This document shows positions 8,492 to 16,764 of a stretch of 32,000 nucleotides of DNA, one piece after another. The DNA comes from Acidothermus cellulolyticus 11B (lineage in GTDB: Bacteria; Actinomycetota; Actinomycetes; Acidothermales; Acidothermaceae): the NCBI RefSeq assembly GCF_000015025.1, contig NC_008578.1:2160001-2192000 (forward strand). Direction: 5' to 3'. Numbering within the stretch: position 1 is the stretch's first letter; every line of letters starts with the position of its first letter. The notes below the pieces were generated by a model that did not search any database, had not been told where the DNA came from, and was given only the letters and a program-made list of their open reading frames with translations. The translations under genes and the position numbers were made by a program.

Positions 8492-8551
8492 GAGAAATCG
8501 AAAGGCTCCCGGAGAAATCGGGAGGCGCCGGGAGAAATCGGGAGGCGCCGC
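8492..8551. repeat. Tandem direct repeat, 3 x 20 bp (GAGAAATCGGGAGGCGCCGG-type), last two copies near-identical
   Basis: Copies are 8492-8511 GAGAAATCGAAAGGCTCCCG (diverged), 8512-8531 GAGAAATCGGGAGGCGCCGG and 8532-8551 GAGAAATCGGGAGGCGCCGC. Phased as GGAGAAATCGGGAGGCGCCG, 8511-8530 and 8531-8550 are identical. It lies in the 152-bp gap between the convergent HprK-like and NTP_transf_5 genes. Confidence 0.95.
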
Positions 8552-8614
8552 CTGCGCGTCACGACCATTCACCCTGCGTGGGGCGACCGGCAGAGGCAGC
8601 TCGGATCCTGAGCG

Positions 8615-9760
8615 TCAGCGTTGCGCGAGAACGAACCGGAAGTACCGATCCCGGTCCGCGCTGTCGGCCGGATCCTCGGCAACCGGCTCGAATGCCAGGT
8701 CGCTGCCGCCGTGGCGCCCGCCATGCAGGGCCCATACGGCGGTCCGCCGGACGAACTCCGCCGTGCTCTGCGCTGCACCACGCCGCGCGGCCCGCGCGGT
8801 CAACCGGGCAAGCGAATTCGGTTGCGTTCCCAGCGGAAGCCCGAACCGGTCGACCAGAGCGGTGATGGACCGCCACGACATGCCGCCCAATAGCCCGGCA
8901 ATGACATCCGCAGGTGCCGGGAGACCGACGACACGCTGGGCCCGCGCTAACGCCGTACCCACCGCGGCCGCGAGACCCCACGCTCGCGCCCGCTCACTCA
9001 CCGCCGTCCACTCAATGCCTTGCGATGCGCGGACGATATCGGTGAGCCAGCACAATCGATCCGCGCCACTGAGCGCAGCATGCACACACAGGTGGACGAC
9101 GGTATCGACCGGCGAGAGGGTCCGTACCGGTCTGCCGCCGACATCAACCGACCGCGCATCACGGAAGAGTTGCTCCATGCCGAGCTGGAAATTCCGGCGC
9201 GCCCGGGCGTCACCGACCACATTCCAGTGGAGATCGATAATACTGCCGTTCGGCGCGAGCAGGTGGATCTCGGCAGCCTGAGCGCGCAGCAAGCCCGCCC
9301 AGCTGATGTCGTAGCGCCGGCAACCGGCATCTGCCAACGCTTCGACGGCGGCACAGAAACTGTGCGGTGGGACGACGAGATCCACGTCGAGGTAAGACCG
9401 AAGCTTCGGCTCCGCGTACACCGATTCGGCCAACACGGGTCCCTTGATGACGAGCGCGTCAATTCCGGCCCGCTGCAAGACAGACGTCACGTACTGCAGG
9501 TCGGCTTTCGCGCGCAGATGGTGGGCGAGCGCATCGCAGGCCGCGGCCAGGCAGCGTGCCGCCCCGGGCGTATCGCGATAAGACGTTGCGGACAGAAAAC
9601 GCCACGCGAATCCCGGAATGCGATGCCACACCGCCGCCTCAGCGAAGCGCTGCAGGGCCGGGTCAATTGCGGCTAGACGGTCAAGGATTGCCGGCACGGG
9701 CCGCTCGGCGACACTCGCCGCCAGCGACCGGCTAAGCACGGCGCGGTGTTTCGTCATCAC
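8615..9760 (-). CDS. Nucleotidyltransferase family protein (NTP_transf_5 / 'uncharacterised nucleotidyltransferase' type)
   Basis: 381 aa. RAGIDALVIKGPVLAESVYAEPKLRSYLDVDLVVPPH, followed later by IDLHWNV. This is the characteristic lKG..la..lY.dp.lR...D(i/v)Dl(l/v)v ... (i/l)DlH pattern of this family. Starts 6 nt after the upstream GT4 stop. Confidence 0.65.
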   Translation of the reverse strand: MMTKHRAVLSRSLAASVAERPVPAILDRLAAIDPALQRFAEAAVWHRIPGFAWRFLSATSYRDTPGAARCLAAACDALAHHLRAKADLQYVTSVLQRAGIDALVIKGPVLAESVYAEPKLRSYLDVDLVVPPHSFCAAVEALADAGCRRYDISWAGLLRAQAAEIHLLAPNGSIIDLHWNVVGDARARRNFQLGMEQLFRDARSVDVGGRPVRTLSPVDTVVHLCVHAALSGADRLCWLTDIVRASQGIEWTAVSERARAWGLAAAVGTALARAQRVVGLPAPADVIAGLLGGMSWRSITALVDRFGLPLGTQPNSLARLTARAARRGAAQSTAEFVRRTAVWALHGGRHGGSDLAFEPVAEDPADSADRDRYFRFVLAQR

Positions 9761-9766
9761 GCTGGG

Positions 9767-11212
9767 TCACTCATGAGCGTCGACGTCGGCTTCTCCTGCA
9801 GATGGCGCCGGTGAATCCTCCGGCAACTTGCGCAGCGGCACGTAGAGCGCCAATTCGTGATGACCGCGCAGGTCGACGAGACGATTCCCAAAGGAGTCAA
9901 CCAGGGGTCCCGGTTTCACGGCCCGGCGCCGATCGACCGCTGGCCAGGAGAGCTCCTTCTTCCGGGGCAGCGGCGTGCCGATAAGACGCGTGAACACGCC
10001 CACGTACGCCCGCCGCTGCGGTTCCCAGTCGAGGACGGCGGCGGCGCGGGCTCGGGCGGCAAGGGCCATCCGGACCCGGGACTCCTCGTCGTCCAGCAGC
10101 ATCGCGATGGTCTTCGCAAAGCCTGCGACATCCCCGGGTGTCACGTAAACGGCGGCGTCCCCGGCTGAGACCCTGGTCTCCTTCAGGTCGAAAGCAACGA
10201 CTGGCAGGGCGAATGCCATGTATTCCATGGTCTTGTTCATCGTCGAGACGTCATTGAGCGGATTGAGCGGATCTGGGGAAATCCCGATATCGGCACTCGA
10301 GAGATATTCGCTGATCATTCGTGCGTCGGCGCGGCCGGTGAACGTGACATAGTCGTTGAGCTTGAGCTCATCGGCGAGCGACCGCAGCTCGTCAAAGCAG
10401 TCCCCGAAACCAAGCAGGGCAAGGTGGAGGTCGCTGCGACCCATCTCGTACACGTAGTGTGCAAGTGCCCGGAGTGCGACGTCGACGCCGTCTTGCGGTC
10501 CCATGATTCCCAAGTAGCAGGCGAGGTATCGGCGGCCGCGCCGCAGCTCGGGCCGCCCTTCGATGGGACGCATCCGCGCGGTATCCGGGCCGCTGCGCAC
10601 CACGGTGACCTCATCCGCACGCCGATTGCCGCGGGTGAGCGCCGCCTGTCGGTAGGACTCGTTTGTCGCGATGACGTGGTCCGCTGTCGCGTAGGTCCGG
10701 CGTTCCAGCCAGCACAGCATGGCGTACTGTGCCCGCTTGATGATCCCACGGGGGGTGCCGAAGCGGGAAAGGAAAACCTCCGGATTGAGATCGTGCTGAT
10801 CGTAAACGAATGTGATGCGCCCGCCGGTCGCGAGTTTCCATAATTTTGCGAGAAGCCAGTAGGTGTCCGGCGGGTTGCACGCTTGCAGGACGTCGAATCC
10901 GACCCGCCGTTGCACCCGGATCGAGAGCATGGCGGTTCGCAGCCAGCTGTAGAAGAATTCCCACGCGAAACCAAGAAATCCCCGCGCAGGCGGTGCCGGT
11001 TGATACTTGAAGAGGTGGACGCCGTCCAGCACCGCATAGCTTGGATCGCCGGGTCCCTTCGGGCAGATGACGGACACGTCAAAACCCGCGTCGTACAAAG
11101 CCCGGCACTCCAACCAGACCCGGCGGTCGAGCGGAACCGGAAGGTTCTGCACAACGATGAGCACCCGCTTAGCCGTCGTATCGAGCGGCACGATTTGCCG
11201 CGCGCCCGTCAT
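9767..11212 (-). CDS. Glycosyltransferase family 4 (GT-B)
   Basis: The ORF is open to 11227 (486 aa). The ATG at 11212 (MTGARQIVPL) is preferred because GGAGGGGG lies 5 nt upstream. Motifs are KRVLIVVQNLPVPLDRRVWLECRALYDAGFDVSVICPKG (N-terminal GT4 subfamily signature) and MEYMAFALPVVAFDLKETRVSAGDAAVYV in the C-terminal EX7E region. Confidence 0.85.
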   Translation of the reverse strand: MTGARQIVPLDTTAKRVLIVVQNLPVPLDRRVWLECRALYDAGFDVSVICPKGPGDPSYAVLDGVHLFKYQPAPPARGFLGFAWEFFYSWLRTAMLSIRVQRRVGFDVLQACNPPDTYWLLAKLWKLATGGRITFVYDQHDLNPEVFLSRFGTPRGIIKRAQYAMLCWLERRTYATADHVIATNESYRQAALTRGNRRADEVTVVRSGPDTARMRPIEGRPELRRGRRYLACYLGIMGPQDGVDVALRALAHYVYEMGRSDLHLALLGFGDCFDELRSLADELKLNDYVTFTGRADARMISEYLSSADIGISPDPLNPLNDVSTMNKTMEYMAFALPVVAFDLKETRVSAGDAAVYVTPGDVAGFAKTIAMLLDDEESRVRMALAARARAAAVLDWEPQRRAYVGVFTRLIGTPLPRKKELSWPAVDRRRAVKPGPLVDSFGNRLVDLRGHHELALYVPLRKLPEDSPAPSAGEADVDAHE

Positions 11213-11371
11213 TCTTGCCCCCTCCATGTGTCCACCGGCAGCCCCGTCGCCGGTGCCCCCAGCACTATGGTGTCAGATGCGACTACCCGATGCCGCGGCT
11301 GCGCGGAATGTCGGTTTTCCGCGACCGCGCTGCTCGTGATCTCAGAATTGTTTTACCACGAGCGGTCCGGA

Positions 11372-12427
11372 CTATCCGGCAAGAACGGCAGGGGAGAATG
11401 CCCCGGTTAGTACTTTTTGCGGTTTTCCTCCGCCATCGGCGGGGACGGACCAGAGGTCGGACCCGGCCGACGCACCGCCCTCGGGCATGGCGTACAGCAC
11501 GGTCTGATTGTCGAGCCAGACTGCCTGGTCGTCCACGCTCCGCGTCTCGGCGAGCAGCGTCTCCTGCATCGTCGCCACGTTGAGAACGGCAAGCCGCCAG
11601 GGTGCTCGTGCGTCGGACGAGACCCGCTTCTTGAAGACAAGCCGAGTGCCGTCGGGTGACAGCGACGGGCATTCGACATTGGTGCGCAGGCTCACGACGG
11701 TGCGCCGCGCCATGTCACCCTTCACGAGGTAGGTCTGGCCTCGAGTGCTGAGCGTCGCATAAAAGGTGTTGTCATCAGCGGCGAAGGTGACGCCCCAGAA
11801 ATTCACGTCCACCGAGGAGTACGGCCGACCGTTGAGCACGATCGAGAACGTTTCGAGATTGGCGATGAGATTACCGGTCGTCGTATCGAGAATCGCCGTC
11901 CGAGTGGAGAAACCGGTTGATAGATAGCTGTCGCCGTACACGAAAACGGTCCAGCTGGCGATCCGGCCGTCCGGCGAGAGACGAGCCCGGCTTGGTAGGC
12001 CGGGAAGGGCGATCCGGTGAACTGGCCGTAAATTCTCGTCGTAGACGACGGCGCTGTATGTCGTGACGACTCCCCGTTTGGCGGCAAGGCAGAGCAGCGT
12101 CCGCGCCGCAGCGTAAACCCGGTCACAGGCGATGGTCGTGAAGCGACGCGCCGGACCGGCCGGGGTGTCGCCGCGCAACGGCTCAACGGCGACATAACCG
12201 TAGCCAGGCCCCAACACTGTACTGCGGAAGACGAGCTCCCGACCGTGACCGAAGAGGTCAGCGCCCGAGAGCGTCGCAGAATTCGGCGAGCGGGGTGACG
12301 CGACAGGGTGGCGTACCGCCCGCAGCGAATAGATCAGGCCGATGGCGACGAAAAGCACCAGAGCCGCCGTGACGACGACCCAACGGCTGCGGGACAACCG
12401 AAGGAGACGACCCGGCGAATTCGTCAT
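11372..12427 (-). CDS. Membrane-anchored TolB-like / PD40 beta-propeller protein
   Basis: 351 aa. N-terminal signal anchor RWVVVTAALVLFVAIGLIYSL. Repeated PD40-like SPDG motifs (ARLSPDGRIASWTVF, CPSLSPDGTRLVFKKR). Its ATG overlaps the MFS stop (ATGA at 12424-12427). Confidence 0.7.
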   Translation of the reverse strand: MTNSPGRLLRLSRSRWVVVTAALVLFVAIGLIYSLRAVRHPVASPRSPNSATLSGADLFGHGRELVFRSTVLGPGYGYVAVEPLRGDTPAGPARRFTTIACDRVYAAARTLLCLAAKRGVVTTYSAVVYDENLRPVHRIALPGLPSRARLSPDGRIASWTVFVYGDSYLSTGFSTRTAILDTTTGNLIANLETFSIVLNGRPYSSVDVNFWGVTFAADDNTFYATLSTRGQTYLVKGDMARRTVVSLRTNVECPSLSPDGTRLVFKKRVSSDARAPWRLAVLNVATMQETLLAETRSVDDQAVWLDNQTVLYAMPEGGASAGSDLWSVPADGGGKPQKVLTGAFSPAVLAG

Positions 12428-13692
12428 CGCCGCCTGCCGCCGGCTCGCACGTCAAGCAACCAGGGCGCAGCCAGGGCGAGGACGCCGCCAAGCGCGACTA
12501 CGAAAATCAGCGTCGCCTGAGTCGGACCCCAGGCTGACCACGCGGCGCCGAAAAGTACCGAGGAGACAATCGCCCCTGCCGCCGTACCGGTCTTGAGTAC
12601 AGCCATGCCACTGGCCCGCAACTGGACGGGAATGAAGCCGCTGATGTAAGCCATGAGGACTCCGTCGGTCGCCGCGTAATACGCGCCGTGCAGGACGAGA
12701 ATCAATGCGAAGGTCCACCACCGTACGGCACCGCGGCCGAGCAGCAGATATCCGGCCAGAAGCGGGGTGTAGCCGATGAGGAAAACCCGGGAACGGCCCA
12801 GGCGGTCTGCGAGACGCCCAAGCGGTATGGCAAGCGCCATGTAGACAGCGGAGGTCGCAAGCGGAAGCAGGGGAAACCACGCGATCGGGATGTCGAAACG
12901 CCGCTGCACAAGCAGGTACACGAAGGCGTCGCTCAGCGTAAGGACGCTCAGTGCCACGGCAGCGGCGGTTGCCACGGCCATCCGCCGATCGGCAAGCAGG
13001 GCGACGGCCCGGCGAACAGTCGGTCGCGCCCGCGCGGACGCCGGCACCGCAGGCTCCCGGACCGCGGCGGCGAGCAGGACGACGCCGCAGCCCGCAATGC
13101 AGAAACTCACCACGAAGATCGAATCGTACCGCCCGGGAGCTGCCGCGAGGAGAACGAAGGCGACCAGCGGTCCGATGAACGCACCGAAGGTGTCGAGGGC
13201 GCGATGGACGCCGAAGGCCCGGCCGAGTGCGTGTTCCTGACTCGACAGCGAGATGAGCGCGTCACGCGGCGCCGTCCGCAATCCTTTGCCGGTCCGGTCC
13301 AGGCCAAGGACGGCGGCGATGGCAGGAATGACAGAGCCGACAGCCAGCAGGCCGAGCTTGCACACCGCGGACAGGGCGTAGCCCGTGAGCGCAAGCCCCT
13401 TTCGTCGCTCCCAACGATCAGCTAGGTGACCGGCCGTCAGCTGCACGAGCGATGTCACGCCGTTGTAGAGGCCGTCGAGGAATCCGAAGGTGAGGGGCGT
13501 CGTACCGAGCACAAAGACGAGGTACAGCGGAAGAACGGCGCTCACCATCTCCGACGAAATGTCGGTTATGAGGCTGACAATTCCGAGCATCACCACGTTT
13601 CGGCTGACGCCGATGCGCGGCAGAGGCAGGGCGACCTCGGGGTCACTTGCGGGCGCAGACACCACCGTGCGAGAGCGACTGGTGAGGTACAT
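12424..13692 (-). CDS. MFS transporter
   Basis: Polytopic hydrophobic protein with about 12 predicted TM stretches. The ORF is open to 13842, but that would overlap the divergent gene starting at 13767. The ATG at 13692 (MYLTSRSRTVV...) leaves a 75-80 bp divergent promoter gap. Confidence 0.8.
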   Translation of the reverse strand: MYLTSRSRTVVSAPASDPEVALPLPRIGVSRNVVMLGIVSLITDISSEMVSAVLPLYLVFVLGTTPLTFGFLDGLYNGVTSLVQLTAGHLADRWERRKGLALTGYALSAVCKLGLLAVGSVIPAIAAVLGLDRTGKGLRTAPRDALISLSSQEHALGRAFGVHRALDTFGAFIGPLVAFVLLAAAPGRYDSIFVVSFCIAGCGVVLLAAAVREPAVPASARARPTVRRAVALLADRRMAVATAAAVALSVLTLSDAFVYLLVQRRFDIPIAWFPLLPLATSAVYMALAIPLGRLADRLGRSRVFLIGYTPLLAGYLLLGRGAVRWWTFALILVLHGAYYAATDGVLMAYISGFIPVQLRASGMAVLKTGTAAGAIVSSVLFGAAWSAWGPTQATLIFVVALGGVLALAAPWLLDVRAGGRRR

Positions 13693-13766
13693 GCGGGCGC
13701 CTTCCGCTGAGCAGAGGTGGTACCAGTGTGCACGGCGCCGGCCGGAACGCGTCGGGAGCTTAGGCT

Positions 13767-14666
13767 GTGGCCATGCGACCACCCCGCCGCCTGGCCGTGC
13801 TAGGACGGGTCCGGCGCACCCAAAAGCCGCATACCGTGACAACCGCCCGGTTCTGGCGCCGGATGTCCCGGGTCGTGTGCTATCCCATAACGGTAGCCTG
13901 CCTCAGCGCGCTGGTGCTCGGTGCGGTCACGTACCTCGTCTCGCCGAAGCCCTTCGAGGAACGGGCCATTCTCTTCACCGCCAACCCGCAAGCGCCAAAT
14001 CCCTATGTGAACGTGGGGCGCGGGCAGTATGCGGTCTCCGAGGTGGTCGCGCGGCGTATCTTGGCGGATGCCAGCATCCGCAACATGCAGCGACATGGCC
14101 AGTTGGCAGCTTTCACGCTGGAGATCGAGCAGAATCTCAATGAACCGCTCCTGCACATTACGGTTCGCGGTCGCGATCGGAACGTCGTTGTCGCAACTCT
14201 CCGGACAGTGATCGCCGAAGCCCAGCATGAGTTGGTGCTCGTGCAGAACGAGAGCGGCTCGCCGGCTGCGCAGCGTTTCGAATACACCGTGATTGCGGAG
14301 ACCCCGGTGCCGGAAATCAGCCGGCGGGACGCCATTCAGCGCGCCATCGAGGTATTTCTTGGCGTCTTTCTCGTCAGTTATCTGATTGGTCTCGCAGTGT
14401 CCAGTTATCGCCGCTACCGGGACACGCTTTGCGCGACCGATGAGACAGTCGTCTCCGAGACAGGCGCCGCGAAGGAAGCAGATCCTCGCGGCGACGCGCC
14501 GCAGCCTGTGACATCGCCGACGAATGCCACGACGCTACACAGCGAGACGTCCGGCGATGCCGCGGTGTCGGCTCACGACGGAATTCAGACCAGCTCCACT
14601 GCGGCGGACGACGCACCGGCACCGACGACAGCGAGGGACTCATCACCCGCCGACAGCACCTCATGA
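13767..14666 (+). CDS. Wzz-like (polysaccharide co-polymerase-like) bitopic membrane protein with a disordered C-terminal tail
   Basis: 299 aa. FWRRMSRVV, then TM1 (ITVACLSALVLGAVTYLV), then SPKPFEERAILFT, then a ~150-aa soluble segment, then TM2 (VFLGVFLVSYLIGLAVSSY), then RRYR. This is the PCP/Wzz topology without a kinase domain. The call rests on architecture rather than strong motifs. Start may be GTG 13767 or ATG 13773. Confidence 0.5.
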   Translation: MAMRPPRRLAVLGRVRRTQKPHTVTTARFWRRMSRVVCYPITVACLSALVLGAVTYLVSPKPFEERAILFTANPQAPNPYVNVGRGQYAVSEVVARRILADASIRNMQRHGQLAAFTLEIEQNLNEPLLHITVRGRDRNVVVATLRTVIAEAQHELVLVQNESGSPAAQRFEYTVIAETPVPEISRRDAIQRAIEVFLGVFLVSYLIGLAVSSYRRYRDTLCATDETVVSETGAAKEADPRGDAPQPVTSPTNATTLHSETSGDAAVSAHDGIQTSSTAADDAPAPTTARDSSPADSTS

Positions 14667-16376
14667 CGTGCAGACCAGGGGTGTTCCGTCCGCATCCCAG
14701 ACGTTGTTCGTGAAGCCGATCGTCCGTCCGGGTGACGGGCCGAAGGAGCACGGGCCGTAGCGTGCATTGCGCGCGAATCTATTTCCGGTGAAATTGATGA
14801 CACCCGAGTCGTAGCCGGGATCGGCACCGGCGTAGATGGTGTAGTTGCCGCCGCCGAGAAGGCTGTTGGTGACATTCACGGTACCCATGTTGGAGAGGTC
14901 TGCACCGATGATGAGTGCGCTGTTTGCCACACCGCCGTTCGGTAGGGTCGCGTCAATGGTGCAGTGGGTGATGAGGACGTTGTCGCTCCCCGTTGACTGA
15001 ACGCCGTCGGTGTGATCACCGCTATTGACCGTCAGGTCGTGAAGCCACGAATCCCGCACGGTCACGTTGTCACCGACGTCTATCGCGTCACCGGTTCCAT
15101 GGATATTCAGCGCCGTCGCAGTAAATCCGCTGCCAACCAGACCAGGAACACTGGGATTGAGATGACGGCCGTCGATCTCAACGTGATCGATGATGATGCC
15201 GTGGTAATTCCAGCCGGTGTACAGCGCGTGATAGCCGCCGGTGGCAACAATTTTGACGTTGCGCACGGTGACATTATTGGCGAAGACGTCAAGCTCTCCG
15301 GTGATGAGCAGGTTCTGGACCACCGCTCCATCCTGCGTGATGGTGACCCCGCCGGACGAGGTCAAGGCAACACCCGGTTGCACACCGGTATTTGTGGCGT
15401 CGGGGAAGCCACAGGCGCTCGGACGTGACCAGCAGTTGGACATCGTCGGGGTGCTTGCCGACGGGCTGCTGCTGGGCGACGGCGTGATGAGGTTTGAGGA
15501 CGCCGGCGGTGAGCTGGGCGTGAAGCTTGCGCTCGGAGAGGTAGGCGCGCCGAGGGTGCCGCCAGTCGCCGGAGATGACGGGGACGCCGTTGGAAGCGCG
15601 GAGTTCGTCGGCACTGGTGCGCTGGTCGTCGGCCCGCTCGTCGGTGCAACCGATGGACCGGACCCGGAGCCGGACGAGATCGACGGAGTCGCGGTCGGTG
15701 TCCCGGAACTCCCTGCACCCGAAGCCTTCTGCGTTGTCAGGGACGAGCTCGCGCTCGGCGTCGGCGACGAGGGTGCAGCCGGAGCAAAGATGACATCCAC
15801 GTAGTAGCTCGAGTCGTGCCACGACTGGGTCGGGAATCCTTCAGGCCCGTATCGGTAGACGCCCTTGGTCTCGATGACAATGCCGTCGCCGAGGGTCTTG
15901 CCGTTGGAGAACGCGTACTGCTGCTGCGCGTAGTAACCACTGTTCGTGTGGTAACCGGCGACGTAATTGCGACCCGGTTTGACTGAGACAGGTTTCGCGA
16001 ACGTGACCGTCTGCCAACCTTGCAATGTCTCGTTACTGAATGTCGCCCGAGTCAGCAACGTACCCGAGGAGGTCCACAGAGCGGCGGTGTGCGTTCCCGT
16101 ATTCTGCGCGCTCTTGTAGTAGCGGATGCCGACGACATTTCCGGGCACCGTGACGTGAAAGACAGCGCCCAGCTCGACAGCTTGCGCGTCCTGCTCCGCA
16201 GCCTGGACCGGCTGCGTCGTCGTGCTGAACACGCTCTGCGTCGTCGATGCGAGCTGGGTCGAGCCATTCGCGGCCTGGAGGCCGATCGTCGTTCCTCCAG
16301 CGGCAACAGCAACCGCGATCAGCACGGTAAGGGTAAAAGTACGGCGACGTCCTCTAGCAGGCAGAACGTTATACAC
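14661..16376 (-). CDS. Secreted DUF4082 domain + Pro/Ser/Thr linker + right-handed beta-helix protein (putative glycan-active enzyme)
   Basis: 571 aa. Signal peptide RRRTFTLTVLIAVAVAAGGTTIGLQA. DUF4082 region AVELGAVFHVTVPGNVVGIRYYKSAQNTGTHTAALWTSSGTLLTRATFSNETLQGWQTVTF...SSYYVDVIF. A ~130-aa PST-rich linker. Beta-helix region CGFPDATNTGV...HVEIDGRHLNPSVPGLVGSGFTATALNIHGTGDAIDVGDNVTVRDSWLHDL..GDHTDGVQSTG...GNRF..YGP. Confidence 0.75.
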   Translation of the reverse strand: MYNVLPARGRRRTFTLTVLIAVAVAAGGTTIGLQAANGSTQLASTTQSVFSTTTQPVQAAEQDAQAVELGAVFHVTVPGNVVGIRYYKSAQNTGTHTAALWTSSGTLLTRATFSNETLQGWQTVTFAKPVSVKPGRNYVAGYHTNSGYYAQQQYAFSNGKTLGDGIVIETKGVYRYGPEGFPTQSWHDSSYYVDVIFAPAAPSSPTPSASSSLTTQKASGAGSSGTPTATPSISSGSGSGPSVAPTSGPTTSAPVPTNSALPTASPSSPATGGTLGAPTSPSASFTPSSPPASSNLITPSPSSSPSASTPTMSNCWSRPSACGFPDATNTGVQPGVALTSSGGVTITQDGAVVQNLLITGELDVFANNVTVRNVKIVATGGYHALYTGWNYHGIIIDHVEIDGRHLNPSVPGLVGSGFTATALNIHGTGDAIDVGDNVTVRDSWLHDLTVNSGDHTDGVQSTGSDNVLITHCTIDATLPNGGVANSALIIGADLSNMGTVNVTNSLLGGGNYTIYAGADPGYDSGVINFTGNRFARNARYGPCSFGPSPGRTIGFTNNVWDADGTPLVCTS

Positions 16377-16764
16377 GGTGACTCCATCGGGGGCTCGGTG
16401 TTGTCACCGTTCTGAGTCGGTCGTGCCTCCATTTGGCTTGACGAAGTGAACCCTTTCGGCGTAATGCCCCATTACGCGGTTCTCCGCTGCGGAGGCACGT
16501 GTGAGTCGAACGTCACCCGAATAGCCCAAGCCGGATGAGCGGTGCGTGACACGTGCGGCCTTAGGGCAAATCACCCGACCGGCATGCTCCGATCGCTCCC
16601 GACCGCAGAGGCAAGAGCCGAACACGCCGAACGTCCAAATCGATCGCTGAAAGCTCAGCGCTCGATCCCGTTGCCCACCCGCGCCGTGAAACAGTGATCA
16701 CGACTGCAGCGGATCCGCTGTTGATCTCCGCTTGCGGCGCGCGGGGCAGAGGCTGGTGGCGTGG

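Noticed and set aside
7489-8551. Tandem repeats considered as a CRISPR array or as IS/transposon termini
   Set aside because: The repeat copies are directly adjacent with no spacers, there are only 2-3 copies, and the two repeat families are unrelated. There are no cas genes, transposase or inverted terminal repeats nearby.
8481-9676. Plus-strand ORFs 8481-9281 and 9020-9676
   Set aside because: They are antisense to the NTP_transf_5-type gene, which has the recognisable family pattern.
5280-9760. Interpretation as a lasso-peptide (paeninodin-like) biosynthetic gene cluster
   Set aside because: The window has no asparagine-synthetase-like cyclase, no transglutaminase-like leader protease and no convincing precursor. 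The partner genes are glycosyltransferases and a deacetylase. It is kept as a finding of a different, uncharacterised arrangement.
12688-13425. 245-aa plus-strand ORF
   Set aside because: It is antisense to the MFS transporter. Its highly charged Arg/Gly/Asp translation is inconsistent with a real protein.
16707-16720. 14-bp perfect palindrome CAGCGGATCCGCTG about 45 nt downstream of the stop of beta-helix paralog 2
   Set aside because: The stem is only 6 bp with a 2-nt loop and no U-tract. That is too weak to call a terminator or operator on sequence alone.
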